A stretch of 64,000 nt of DNA from the NCBI GenBank assembly GCA_964498075.1, contig CAZCGA010000010.1, positions 9,247-73,246 on the forward strand. The letters run 5' to 3'. This DNA is from an uncultured Candidatus Binatia bacterium. Lineage in GTDB: Bacteria > Desulfobacterota > Binatia > HRBIN30. Shown here one piece after another: positions 37,837-47,138 of the stretch. The translations under genes were made by a program, and so were the position numbers. How positions within the stretch are numbered: the first letter of the stretch is position 1; each line of letters starts with the position of its first letter. A model generated the notes under the pieces. The model did no database searches and was not told the origin of the DNA. It was given only the letters and a program-made list of their open reading frames with translations.

Positions 37837-38655
37837 TCAGGAGTCAAAGGCTTTCTGCGCCGCGGCCGCCGCGTTCCGTCGCGCGACGACGATGAACCCC
37901 GTGTGGCCGATCATGCGGTGCTCGGGTCGAATGCTGAGCTGCTTCACGTGCCAGAAGCGCAGCATCGTTTCGAACAGTTGAACCGCCGCGAAGCCGCCGT
38001 GCGCGCGCAGCGCATCGACCAGTTGCTTGACCTGCAGCACCGTGGGGACGTAGCCGACGATCAGACCGCCCGGCCGTAACGCGGCGGCTGCGGCGGGCAA
38101 CAAGTGCCAGGGCTCCGCGATGTCGATCGTCATGCGATCGACCTCGCGCTCGTCGATGCCGGCTCCGGCGTCGACGACTTTGATGGTCCAGTTCGGTGCC
38201 TCTCCGTAGAACTGACGCACGTTGGCCTGCGCCATTTCCGCGAAGTCCTGCCGCGCTTCGTATGACACCAAGCGCCCCTGCGGCCCCACCGCACGCAACA
38301 ACGCCATGCTGAGCGCGCCCGGACCGGCGCCGACTTCGATCACCGTAGCGCCCGGATAAATGTCGCCCCACAGTAGGATCGGTCCAATGTCCTTGGGGTA
38401 GATGACCTGGGCGCGCCGCGGCAGGTTGGGGATCAACTGGGCAAACGTCGGCCGCAGCACCAGGAACGCTTCCTGCGCGGTGTTGTAGACCGTCCGCCCC
38501 TCTTCCAGTCCGATCAGATGATCGGCTTGCACCGTGCCGGCGCGAATGTGCACGCGCGTGCCGGCTCGCAAGACGCGAAGATACTCGCGCTCCTTCTGGT
38601 CGATGAACAATACGGCGTCGCCGGCGCGTAATCGGCCGCTCTCCGGTGCGTGCAT
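37837..38655 (-). CDS. trmI: tRNA (adenine58-N1)-methyltransferase TrmI/Gcd14 family
   Basis: ATG is at 38655. Sequence is LRPTFAQLIPNLPRRAQVIYPKDIGPILLWGDIYPGATVIEVGAGPGALSMALLRAVGPQGRLVSYE...DRMTIDIAEPW. Confidence 0.8.
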   Translation of the reverse strand: MHAPESGRLRAGDAVLFIDQKEREYLRVLRAGTRVHIRAGTVQADHLIGLEEGRTVYNTAQEAFLVLRPTFAQLIPNLPRRAQVIYPKDIGPILLWGDIYPGATVIEVGAGPGALSMALLRAVGPQGRLVSYEARQDFAEMAQANVRQFYGEAPNWTIKVVDAGAGIDEREVDRMTIDIAEPWHLLPAAAAALRPGGLIVGYVPTVLQVKQLVDALRAHGGFAAVQLFETMLRFWHVKQLSIRPEHRMIGHTGFIVVARRNAAAAAQKAFDS

Positions 38656-38666
38656 ACCCCCATCTC

Positions 38667-39602
38667 TCAGTGACGGCCGCCCGGCCCGGCTGCCTGGCGT
38701 CGGTCGCGCTTGCTTTCGACTTCGCGGGTCAGACTGCAGAAGGAGCACAGGGAACCGAACGCCGGCATGCCACAGCGCTCGCAGGTCTGGGGTTCCCCGT
38801 CGACACCCGGCGCAAACGCCGGACGACCGACCCGCAAGAACTCCTGCACGAAGCTGAGCTTGGTGCCGGGCATCGTTGCTTCCAGACGATTCAACACGTC
38901 CTTGTAGATCAATTGCGTCGCCCCGACGCTGTTGGGGCACTCGTCGACGACGTAATCGATGCCGCGCATGAACGCATACACGGCCGTCTCGTATTCGCTG
39001 AGCCGAAACAGCGGCTTCACCTTGCGGGCGAACTTCTCATGAGTCGCCTCCAGAACCGGATGCTGTTTGGCCAGGTGCTTGACTTGCCAGCGCAGCACGT
39101 TCCCCAGCAGGCGTGCGGCTTCATCGTCGAGGTTGTGGCCGGTCGCCAAGACCGGAAAGCCATGCTCGAATGCCACGCGGTCGAAGTAATGGCGCTTGGC
39201 CGTGCCGCAGGCCGCACACGCCGGGCGATTCGTGAAGCCCGCCAACGTTGGGATGGCGAGCCCCTCCTCCTCGAGGCGGACGGTGATCAAACGCAGCCCG
39301 CGCCGCTGTGCAAAGTCTTCGGTCTTGGCCGTCGAGTGGTGCGAGTAAGTCCCGATGCCCAGCGCCAAGTGGACCCCCGCGGTGCGGTACCCGAGCGTAC
39401 TCAAGACGTCCCACAATGCCAGGCTGTCCTTGCCGCCGGAGACGGCCACCAGCACGTCCTCCTCCCGGCTGAACATGTGCTCCTGCTCGATGGCCCGCTG
39501 CACCTGGCGTTGGAAGACGAAGATGAAACAGGTGCGGCAGAAGGCGGCGTTGTGCTGGCGGATCTGAACCTCCGCCTTGCCGCGACAGCGCTTGCACTTC
39601 AT
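38667..39602 (-). CDS. ttuA: PP-loop ATPase of the TtuA/NcsA family (tRNA 2-thiolation)
   Basis: The N-terminal zinc ribbon is MKCKRCRGKAEVQIRQHNAAFCRTCF and the PP-loop is AVSGGKDSLAL. Fe-S Cys candidates are CAACG and DECPNS. The C-terminal zinc ribbon is CERCGMPAFGSLCSFCS. The track ORF extends to TTG 39641. Confidence 0.75.
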   Translation of the reverse strand: MKCKRCRGKAEVQIRQHNAAFCRTCFIFVFQRQVQRAIEQEHMFSREEDVLVAVSGGKDSLALWDVLSTLGYRTAGVHLALGIGTYSHHSTAKTEDFAQRRGLRLITVRLEEEGLAIPTLAGFTNRPACAACGTAKRHYFDRVAFEHGFPVLATGHNLDDEAARLLGNVLRWQVKHLAKQHPVLEATHEKFARKVKPLFRLSEYETAVYAFMRGIDYVVDECPNSVGATQLIYKDVLNRLEATMPGTKLSFVQEFLRVGRPAFAPGVDGEPQTCERCGMPAFGSLCSFCSLTREVESKRDRRQAAGPGGRH

Positions 39603-39637
39603 CGTCTTCTGCAGTCCCAGGTCGTCGATGTGCCGCG

Positions 39638-39832
39638 TCAACCACCTGAGATCACGTTGCGGATCTCGATGGATTCATCCGCTTCCACGACGTCGTCGTC
39701 GCACGCCAGCTCGTCACCGCGGATCACCATGACCGTTCCAGGCAACAGTCCGAGATGACGCAGAATGTCGCCCACCCGCCGGCGGCCGTCGAGCTCGACC
39801 TGCTTGTGCTGTGGTAAGAGCGTGATCTGCAT
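39638..39832 (-). CDS. ttuB: ThiS/MoaD-family ubiquitin-like sulfur carrier ending in Gly-Gly (TtuB-like)
   Basis: It is 64 aa (MQITLLPQHKQVELDG...VMVIRGDEL...ESIEIRNVISGG then stop) and lies immediately upstream of ttuA on the same strand. Confidence 0.7.
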   Translation of the reverse strand: MQITLLPQHKQVELDGRRRVGDILRHLGLLPGTVMVIRGDELACDDDVVEADESIEIRNVISGG

Positions 39833-39869
39833 GTGAGGGCTTCGACAATAGGGAATGCGAAGAAGTGAG

Positions 39870-40472
39870 TCAACGCGAGGCGGGCGCGCGTGGCGCCGCC
39901 TGCAGGACGTCCAACAGCCCCGTCAGAATCCGGTGCGTGAGCCCCCAGATCGTGTGCCCCGCATAGATGAACGCGGGATGCTCGAGCTCCTGTCCTTCGA
40001 CGGTGTGGCGGAATGTCCCGTGCACCTCACGGCGATGCAACGACGCCAGCGGCACCCAGAAGGCGCTTTGCACTTCGTGATGATTGGGCACCAGCTCGAC
40101 CGGCGCCGTCACGGCGCAGACGAACGGTGTGATGATCAGATCCAGCGGTCGCCCACGGCCGATGGCGCGCAAGTCATCGAGGTTTCCAAGCCGCTCGCCG
40201 TACCGTTCCAGGTCGACTCCGACCTCCTCGTTTGTTTCGCGCGCCGCCGTCACGAACAGATCACGGTCGGACGGCTGCTGGCGTCCTCCCGGCAAGGCCA
40301 TGTGCCCGGACCACGGGTCACCACGGCGATGCGACCGGTGGATGACGATGAACTCTGCCCCGTCTTCCGCGTCGCGCAGCACAATCGCCACCGCGGCCCG
40401 GGCGAACCCCGTCCCGTCGACCACCGGGGGCCGGTGATGGCGCAGCCGCTCACGGATGATGTCGATCGTCAT
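39870..40472 (-). CDS. NUDIX hydrolase (CoA pyrophosphatase-like)
   Basis: ATG is at 40472 (MTIDIIRERL). The Nudix box is GGRQQPSDRDLFVTAARETNEEVG, preceded by IHRSHRRGDPWSGHMALPGG. The track ORF extension to 41069 overlaps the next gene out of frame. Confidence 0.75.
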   Translation of the reverse strand: MTIDIIRERLRHHRPPVVDGTGFARAAVAIVLRDAEDGAEFIVIHRSHRRGDPWSGHMALPGGRQQPSDRDLFVTAARETNEEVGVDLERYGERLGNLDDLRAIGRGRPLDLIITPFVCAVTAPVELVPNHHEVQSAFWVPLASLHRREVHGTFRHTVEGQELEHPAFIYAGHTIWGLTHRILTGLLDVLQAAPRAPASR

Positions 40473-40495
40473 CGAGCCTCCGCGGTCCCCCCGAC

Positions 40496-41116
40496 TCAGG
40501 ACTGCTGCAGCGCGGCAACCACGTCTTGGCTCGTGGTGACGGTCGCCAGCAGCGCGAGGATGCGCTCGATCGAAAAGCGGTGCATCTCGTCCGGCACGCT
40601 GGCGCAACAGTCCTCGGGCACCACCACGTCGAACAGCCGGTTGACCGCGCCGCGCACCGTTCCCTCCACGGCGAAGTTGGTCGACACTCCCATCGTCACA
40701 ATGATAGACCGTCCGAGCGCCCGCAACGTGCCGAAGAGGCTCGATCCGTATGAGGCATCGATGCTGAGGAAGCGACGGATGACGTAATCGCCGGGTTGCG
40801 GTGCGATGGCGGCGTGGACGTCCGCACCCCACGTACCTTCGAGGAGGATGGGGTTGCGCTTGCCGAAACGGAAGATGGGCGCATTGGTCGTCGGGATCCC
40901 GGGCTTGCTCTCCTTGTTTGCGTAGAACACGGGAACCTGTGCTGTCCGTGCGGCGTCGAGCACCCGGGCGATGTGCTCGATGAGGTGGCGCTCCTGAGCG
41001 GCCGCGGCCAGCGCGCCGCCGATGCCTGCCGTCCCGATCTTCGATTCGTGAAGGAGATCGTTCTGGCACTCGATCACGACGACCGCGGTGCGGTCACGGG
41101 GGAGCGTCAAAGCCAT
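40496..41116 (-). CDS. Isochorismatase-family cysteine hydrolase
   Basis: Sequence is RTAVVVIECQNDLL...VFYANKE...IIVTMGVSTNFAVEGTVRGAVN. Confidence 0.7.
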   Translation of the reverse strand: MALTLPRDRTAVVVIECQNDLLHESKIGTAGIGGALAAAAQERHLIEHIARVLDAARTAQVPVFYANKESKPGIPTTNAPIFRFGKRNPILLEGTWGADVHAAIAPQPGDYVIRRFLSIDASYGSSLFGTLRALGRSIIVTMGVSTNFAVEGTVRGAVNRLFDVVVPEDCCASVPDEMHRFSIERILALLATVTTSQDVVAALQQS

Positions 41117-41203
41117 ACGGCAACGAGTCGCTCATCGGCGATGCCGGACCGCGATCCGTTCTCGAGACCGCGATGAGCCATACGCCATGAGCCACGAGCG
41201 CGG

Positions 41204-41683
41204 TCAGTTGAGTGCTTGTGGGTCGGCGCGCGCAATCAGGGTGCGCAGCCGTTCGCAGTGGACGTCCTCTTCGCGACACAAGTCGTCGAACAGCCGGGCC
41301 GTGCTGGGAAGCGTCTCGGCGAAGTGAACCGCCAGCTCACGCAAGCGCCGGAAGGAGGTCCGGTGCGACTCGAGATCCTGCACGAGGCGCGCCCAGTGGT
41401 TCGAGGCGCCTGGAGGGAGCGGCACTTCGGCCACCGCGGACGGAGTCTTCCCCGCCGTTCGTACTGCCTCGCCGAGCCGCTCGACCTGCGTCGCCTCGGC
41501 ACTGGCCAACTCGTTGAGCGCCTCCTGGCTATAGCTCTGCGGCGCCATCTCCGCGTGGCGGCCGAGCTGGCGAGCCTGCGTGACGCAGCGCGCGTAGCAC
41601 TGTTCCAACACCTCCGTCGCTTCGTACCTGGCCGCGGCAGTCCCGCCGATGACCAGACGCGAAAGCTTGTTCAACACGCCCAT
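41204..41683 (-). CDS. Hypothetical helical protein
   Basis: Start is MGVLNKLSRL. The composition looks helical and no family was recognised. Confidence 0.35.
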   Translation of the reverse strand: MGVLNKLSRLVIGGTAAARYEATEVLEQCYARCVTQARQLGRHAEMAPQSYSQEALNELASAEATQVERLGEAVRTAGKTPSAVAEVPLPPGASNHWARLVQDLESHRTSFRRLRELAVHFAETLPSTARLFDDLCREEDVHCERLRTLIARADPQALN

Positions 41684-41797
41684 ACGGCGGCGCAACCGTA
41701 GTAATCGTCCTCTCCCCTGTCAAGCAGAGGGTGTTCCCGGGCGGGGTTTCTCCGCTGGCCGATTTTCGCTATAGAGGGGGCTCGATAAGGAGACACC

Positions 41798-42001
41798 ATG
41801 GCACGTATCACCGTTGAAGATTGCCTCGAAAAGGTTCCGAACCGGTTTGAGCTGGTCCTGCTGGCGGCACGGCGGGCGAAGCAGTTGCTCAAGGGGGCCC
41901 GACCGCTGGTCAATAGTGACAACAAAGAGGTTGTCGCCGCCCTGCGCGAGATTGGTGAAGGCAAGGTCAGTATGCAGTATCCGGAGGCTTCAGAGTCCTG
42001 A
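41798..42001 (+). CDS. rpoZ: DNA-directed RNA polymerase subunit omega
   Basis: Sequence is [34 protein letters not shown]; 67 aa. Confidence 0.9.
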   Translation: MARITVEDCLEKVPNRFELVLLAARRAKQLLKGARPLVNSDNKEVVAALREIGEGKVSMQYPEASES

Positions 42002-42088
42002 GAGACGCGTGCTGGGCCATGAGCTGCCAATCTTCGTCCGCGAAGGGACCGTGCAGCGCTCAGCACTCGGGAGTCAAGACTCTGCGAG

Positions 42089-43210
42089 ATGGCTGCGAAG
42101 GATCTCTATGCGGTGTTGGGAGTGGCGCGCACCGCGACTGCGGACGAGATCCGGAAGGCCTACCGAAAGCTGGCGCGCCGCCATCACCCGGATGTCAATC
42201 CGGGTAACCAGCAAGCCGAAGAACGCTTCAAAGAGATATCCCACGCCTACGAGGTCTTGAGCGATCCCGAGAAGCGGAAGCTCTACGACCAGTTCGGCAT
42301 GGAAGGCCTGCAGGCGGGCTTCGACGCCGGGCAAGCGGGGACATTCCGCCGCGGGACGCGACGGCGGCAGCCGGGGGCCGAGGAGTTCTTCAGCCAGGGT
42401 GGCTTCGGTCAGTACTCGAGCTTCGACGACCTCTTCGCCGATGCCCTTGGCGGCGCTAGACGATCGGTCCGGCAGTCCGGAGAAGACGCCGAAGCGTCGG
42501 TGGAAATCAGCTTGCTCGACGCCATTCGCGGGGTCTCCACGCAACTCAGCATCAAGCGACCCGAGGCGTGTCACACGTGCGGCGGCTCGGGCAACGATCC
42601 CAGCTCGCAGACTGCCTGCCCGGAATGCAAAGGGCAGGGTCAGGTGCAGATGGGGCGAGGTCCCATCGCGTTCGCCCGCACGTGCCCGCGCTGCAGTGGC
42701 AGCGGTCAGATAGGCACGCGCTCCTGCACCGCGTGCAACGGACGCGGCGAGACGTCACACCATGAACGCCTCACCGTGCACATTCCACCCGGCGTCGACA
42801 CCGGATCGCGCGTCCGGGTCGCCGGCAAGGGCACCGCCGGCCACGGCGGCCCGCCGGGCGACCTGTACATCGTCGTCCACGTGCGGCCTCACCCGCTCTT
42901 GGAACGGCGCGGCAAAGATCTCTATCTCGACGTCCCCGTCACGATCGGCGAGGCGGCCTTGGGTGCGACGATCACCGTGCCCACCCCAGACGGTGACGTG
43001 CGCGTGAAGGTGCCCCCGGGCAGCCAGAGCGGCAAGCAGCTGCGTATCCGCGGTCATGGCGTTCCCGCGTTGAAGAGTGGCGAACGCGGCGATCTCTTCA
43101 TCCGCGTGATGGTGCAAGTGCCCGTTGATGCCAGCGAGAAGGTACGCGACTCCATTCAGGCGCTGGAAGCCGCGTACGGGAAGGACCTCCGCAGTGGTTT
43201 GCGGCTGTAG
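42089..43210 (+). CDS. dnaJ: Molecular chaperone DnaJ (type I, with zinc-finger domain)
   Basis: The J domain is [35 protein letters not shown]. There are four CxxCxGxG repeats ([32 protein letters not shown]). The C-terminal domains include GDLYIVVHV. Confidence 0.9.
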   Translation: MAAKDLYAVLGVARTATADEIRKAYRKLARRHHPDVNPGNQQAEERFKEISHAYEVLSDPEKRKLYDQFGMEGLQAGFDAGQAGTFRRGTRRRQPGAEEFFSQGGFGQYSSFDDLFADALGGARRSVRQSGEDAEASVEISLLDAIRGVSTQLSIKRPEACHTCGGSGNDPSSQTACPECKGQGQVQMGRGPIAFARTCPRCSGSGQIGTRSCTACNGRGETSHHERLTVHIPPGVDTGSRVRVAGKGTAGHGGPPGDLYIVVHVRPHPLLERRGKDLYLDVPVTIGEAALGATITVPTPDGDVRVKVPPGSQSGKQLRIRGHGVPALKSGERGDLFIRVMVQVPVDASEKVRDSIQALEAAYGKDLRSGLRL

Positions 43211-43219
43211 AGGCTGTGC

Positions 43220-43528
43220 ATGTCACACCGGTACGTGAAGGTCACCGAAGTGGTCGCCGATTTGCACGTGGATGGCGCCTTCCTGAGCGCGCTCGAGGCG
43301 GAAGACCTCATCCATACCAAGCGCACCTCCGAAGGCGACCTGGTGATCTCATCCGAGGATGCGGAACGCGTCCGCGTGGCCCTCCTGCTGACCGGCGAGC
43401 TGGACGTCAATCTGCCCGGCGTCGAGGTCATCATGCACATGCGCGACTCGATGCTGGCCATGCAACGACAGTTCTCGGAAATCCTGGACGCCGTAGTCAA
43501 GGAGATCCGGCGGCAAGCGCCGCGCTGA
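43220..43528 (+). CDS. Small MerR-like / CbpM-HspR-like chaperone-modulating protein
   Basis: It is 102 aa and lies directly after dnaJ. Sequence is VKVTEVVADLHVDGAFLSALEAEDLI...EVIMHMRDSMLAMQRQFSEI, which resembles CbpM / MerR-HTH-2 proteins. Confidence 0.45.
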   Translation: MSHRYVKVTEVVADLHVDGAFLSALEAEDLIHTKRTSEGDLVISSEDAERVRVALLLTGELDVNLPGVEVIMHMRDSMLAMQRQFSEILDAVVKEIRRQAPR

Positions 43529-43589
43529 CGGCAGGTGCCGGCTTGCCGCACTGCGGCGAAGCCGTTAAAGTTCCGGCCAATACGATCCG

Positions 43590-44549
43590 ATGGCAGACGA
43601 CCTCCATCCGAACGACGACCCAGAACGGGAGCCCCCCGAAGCCGCAGTGGCCGATGCCGAGACGCCGGAGGAGCCCTCGACCGGCGCCGTCGCCCGCTAC
43701 GATCCGCTGCAGCGCTACCTGGCTGAAATCCGCCGCTATCCGTTGCTGTCGCGCGAGGAAGAGCACGCAATCGCGGTGCGCTACCGCGAACACCAAGACC
43801 TCGAAGCGGCGTATCGTCTGGTGACCGCCAACCTGCGGCTCGTCGTCATGATCGCGCGCGAGTATCAACGCGCCTTTCGCAACCTGCTCGACCTCGTTCA
43901 AGAGGGCAACATCGGGCTGATGGAGGCGGTGAAGAACTTCGACCCGTACCGCGGCGTCCGCTTCCCGTCATACGCCGTCTGGTGGGTCCGGGCGTACATC
44001 ATCCGTTACATCATGAACAACTGGCGGATGGTGAAGATCGGCACCACTCAGGCGCAACGCAAGCTCTTCTTCAACCTGCAGAAGGAGAAGGATCGGTTGG
44101 AGGCCGAGGGGTTCGCTGCCGGGCCGAAGCTGCTGGCACAACGCTTGGACGTGAAAGAGGCCGAAGTCATCGAGATGGAGCAACGGCTGTCCGGGCGCGA
44201 TCTGTCCGTCGATGCGCCGCTCGACGCAGGCGACGAGTCGACGATGCTCGACTTCCTGCAGAGCAAGGGCGCCACCGCCGAGGAGGCGGTCGCCGACGCC
44301 GAGTCCCGCGAGTTGATCTCTCGCAAGGTCAAAGAGTTCGGTGCCTCGTTGACCGGGAAGGAGCGCGTCATCTTCGATACGCGCCTCATGGCGGAGGACC
44401 CGCTCACGCTGCAGGAGCTTGGCGATCGCTACGACATCAGCCGCGAGCGCGTACGTCAGATCGAGGAGCGCATCAAGAAGAAGCTGAAAGCTTACCTGCT
44501 CGCCGAGAGCCCCGACCTCAAAGACGCCGTCGTCGAGATCATCCGCTGA
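43590..44549 (+). CDS. rpoH: RNA polymerase sigma-32 (heat-shock sigma factor RpoH)
   Basis: Region 2 is GNIGLMEAVKNFDPYRGVRFPSYAVWWVRAYI. The RpoH box is TTQAQRKLFFNLQKEK. Region 4 is TLQELGDRYDISRERVRQIEERI. Confidence 0.85.
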   Translation: MADDLHPNDDPEREPPEAAVADAETPEEPSTGAVARYDPLQRYLAEIRRYPLLSREEEHAIAVRYREHQDLEAAYRLVTANLRLVVMIAREYQRAFRNLLDLVQEGNIGLMEAVKNFDPYRGVRFPSYAVWWVRAYIIRYIMNNWRMVKIGTTQAQRKLFFNLQKEKDRLEAEGFAAGPKLLAQRLDVKEAEVIEMEQRLSGRDLSVDAPLDAGDESTMLDFLQSKGATAEEAVADAESRELISRKVKEFGASLTGKERVIFDTRLMAEDPLTLQELGDRYDISRERVRQIEERIKKKLKAYLLAESPDLKDAVVEIIR

Positions 44550-44558
44550 CTGCTCGCC

Positions 44559-44635
44559 GATGGCAGGTGGCCTGTGGCGGATGGTAGAAAGGGAACCTAA
44601 CCACCAGCGATCTTCCATCTGCCATCAGCCGTCCC
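44559..44635. repeat. 7-nt-periodic imperfect hairpin repeat downstream of rpoH
   Basis: Parse: GATGGCA GGTGGCC TGTGGCG GATGGTA GAAAGGG AACCTAA CCACCAG CGATCTT CCATCTG CCATCAG CCGTCCC. GATGGCAGGTGG pairs with CCATCTGCCATC with one G:U. Confidence 0.7.
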
Positions 44636-44699
44636 GCCGCCTTGCGCATGCGCGACAGCCGGTTATATAGTGCGGCCGCACAGAAGGATCGATATCGGG

Positions 44700-46349
44700 A
44701 TGGCAGAGATCCATGGCGGGCGCGTTGTCGCCAAGGCCCTGAAGGCCGAGAACGTCCCCTACATCTTCACGCTGTGTGGGGGACACGTGATGCCCATCTA
44801 CGACGGCTGCGTCGATGAAGGCATCCGCGTCATCGATGTCCGTCACGAGCAGACCGCGGCCCACGCGGCCGATGGCTGGGCGAGGGTCACCGGCCAACCC
44901 GGCGTCGCCGTCGTCACCGCAGGGCCGGGACTCACCGACGCCGTCACCGGCGTCGCGAGCGCTCACCGCGCCAACATCCCGATGCTCATCTTCGGCGGCC
45001 AGGGGCCGCGCCCGTTCGCCGACATGGGCTCGCTGCAGGACATGAACCACGTCGAGCTGATGCGCCCAATCACCAAGTGGGCGGCCTCGGTCCCGGAGGG
45101 CCGGCGGCTCGCTGAGTACGTCAGCATGGCCTTCCGCATCGCCACGACAGGGCTGCCGGGGCCGGTCTACCTCGAGATGCCCATCGATCAGCTGTTCAAC
45201 TCCTACGACGAGACCCGGCTGGTCTTTCCAGGCAAGTACCGCACTGACGCCGGCACGGCAGGGGATCCGCGCTACATCGAGCGCGCCTTCGACCTACTGC
45301 GCAAGGCGCAACGGCCGGTGGCGTTGGTGGGGAGTCAACTGCGCTGGTCGAAACGCCGTGAGGCGTACCCGGTCTTTGCGCAGACGTTCGGCATCCCCAT
45401 CTATGTCAACGGGCTGGGCCGTGGATCGCTGCCGCCGGACAACCCGTACTTTTTCTCGCAGACGCGCAAGGACGCCCTGAAGCAAGCGGATGTGGTCCTC
45501 ATCTTCGGCACGCCGCTGGACTTTCGGCTGGGGTACGGACGCGAGTCGCACTTCAACCCGGCCGCCGCGATCATCCAGGTCGACCTGGATGGCGGCGAGA
45601 TCGGACGCAACCGTCCCATCGACGTCGGCATCGTCGGCGACACCGGCCTCGTCATGGAGCAGCTGACCACGTGCGCGCAGTCCGACGGGTACAGCGCTGC
45701 CATGGTGAAGCCGTGGCTCGATCAGATGCGACAACGCGAACAGCAGAAGTGGGAGCGCATGCGTGCCGAGATGGAATCGGATGCGGTGCCGATCAACCCG
45801 CTGCGCGCCTGCAAAGAGATCGCCGCGGGATTGAGCAAGGACGCGATCGTCATCGGTGACGGCGGTGACTTTGTGGCGACCGCGGCGTCCGTCCTGCGCA
45901 TCTACGAGCAGGGGCACTGGCTCGATCCCGGCCCGCTCGGCACCCTCGGGGTCGGCCCGGGCTACGCCATGGCGGCCAAGCTCGCCAAGCCGAAGAACCC
46001 GGTGGTGATCGTCTACGGCGACGGGGCCTTCGGCCTGCACGGCTTGGAGTTCGAGGCCATGGTCCGACAGAAGATCAATGTCGTGGGCGTGATCGGCAAC
46101 GACGCGGCCTGGCAACAGATCCGCCGCGGCCAAGTGCAGCTCTACGGGGTGGAGCGCGCCGTGGCGACCGGCTTGAGCTTCGCGCACTACGAGCGCGTCG
46201 TCGAGGCCCTGGGCGGCCATGGCGAATACGTCGAACGCCCGGAGCAGATCCGCCCCGCCCTCGAGCGTGCCCTGGCGGCGGGCAAACCGGCGCTGGTGAA
46301 CATCAAGCTCGGGAGCAGCGACTTCCGCAAGGATGCGATCTCAATTTGA
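44700..46349 (+). CDS. Thiamine-pyrophosphate-dependent enzyme (acetolactate synthase / oxalyl-CoA decarboxylase-like)
   Basis: Start is MAEIHGGRVVAKALKAENVPYIFTLCGGHVMPIYDG. Motifs seen: HEQTAAHAADGWARVTG and the TPP motif GDGAFGLHGLEFEAMVRQKINVVGVIGNDAAW. Confidence 0.8.
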   Translation: MAEIHGGRVVAKALKAENVPYIFTLCGGHVMPIYDGCVDEGIRVIDVRHEQTAAHAADGWARVTGQPGVAVVTAGPGLTDAVTGVASAHRANIPMLIFGGQGPRPFADMGSLQDMNHVELMRPITKWAASVPEGRRLAEYVSMAFRIATTGLPGPVYLEMPIDQLFNSYDETRLVFPGKYRTDAGTAGDPRYIERAFDLLRKAQRPVALVGSQLRWSKRREAYPVFAQTFGIPIYVNGLGRGSLPPDNPYFFSQTRKDALKQADVVLIFGTPLDFRLGYGRESHFNPAAAIIQVDLDGGEIGRNRPIDVGIVGDTGLVMEQLTTCAQSDGYSAAMVKPWLDQMRQREQQKWERMRAEMESDAVPINPLRACKEIAAGLSKDAIVIGDGGDFVATAASVLRIYEQGHWLDPGPLGTLGVGPGYAMAAKLAKPKNPVVIVYGDGAFGLHGLEFEAMVRQKINVVGVIGNDAAWQQIRRGQVQLYGVERAVATGLSFAHYERVVEALGGHGEYVERPEQIRPALERALAAGKPALVNIKLGSSDFRKDAISI

Positions 46350-46386
46350 GGAGACCGGTTCGCTTCTACCGGCTCCGCAGCCTTCC

Positions 46387-47115
46387 ATGCGCGATACGAC
46401 CGCCGCGATCATCGTGATCGGCAATGAGATCCTCTCCGGAAAGGTCGTGGACACGAATGCGTCGTTTCTCACGCAAGAGCTGCGCCGCCTGGGCGTCTGG
46501 CTGCGCCGCATCCTCGTCATCCCGGACGAGGTCGACGCCATTGCCGAGGCGATCCGCGCCTACCGTCCCGCCTTCGATATCCTCTTCACCTCCGGCGGTG
46601 TGGGCCCGACGCACGATGACGTCACCATGGCTGGCATCGCCCGCGGGCTCGACCGTCCGGTCATCCAGCATCCGGCGCTCGAGCAGAAGATTCGCGAGTT
46701 CCTGGGGCACAAGGTGAACGAGGTGCACCTGAAGATGGCCGAGGTGCCCGACGGCGCGGAGTTGATTTTCGCCGGGCTCGCCTTCCCGACCGTGCAGGTG
46801 GAGAACATCTACATTCTCCCGGGGATTCCGGAGATCTTCCGCGAGAAGTTTCTGGCCATCAAGGCGCGCTTCGCGGTCGATCCGTATTTCCTGCGTGTGG
46901 TATATATGCGGGCCATGGAGAGCACGATTGCGCGGTACTTGAACGAGACGCTGGCAGCGTTTCCGTTCGTGCAGATGGGATCGTACCCGAAGCTCGGCGA
47001 TCCGGAGTACCGCGTGCGGGTGACCCTGGAATCGAAGGATCAGGACTACGTGAATCGAGCCTTTGAGCATCTGATCCGTCGGCTCCCGGCGGAAACGATC
47101 GTGCGCACGGAATGA
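46387..47115 (+). CDS. CinA-N-terminal / MoCF-biosynthesis (molybdopterin-binding) domain protein
   Basis: Sequence is TAAIIVIGNEILSGKVVDTNASFLTQELRRLGV...ILFTSGGVGPTHDDVT. Confidence 0.6.
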   Translation: MRDTTAAIIVIGNEILSGKVVDTNASFLTQELRRLGVWLRRILVIPDEVDAIAEAIRAYRPAFDILFTSGGVGPTHDDVTMAGIARGLDRPVIQHPALEQKIREFLGHKVNEVHLKMAEVPDGAELIFAGLAFPTVQVENIYILPGIPEIFREKFLAIKARFAVDPYFLRVVYMRAMESTIARYLNETLAAFPFVQMGSYPKLGDPEYRVRVTLESKDQDYVNRAFEHLIRRLPAETIVRTE

Positions 47116-47138
47116 TGCGAGTGGGGAAGGGAGGCCGT

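Noticed and set aside
39855-41069. Track ORFs 39855..40787 (+) and the 399-aa extension of 39870..41069 (-).
   Set aside because: The Nudix domain begins at ATG 40472. The longer minus-strand ORF runs out of frame through the isochorismatase gene, with an Arg/Pro-rich translation typical of high-GC off-frame ORFs. The plus-strand ORF is antisense to both genes.
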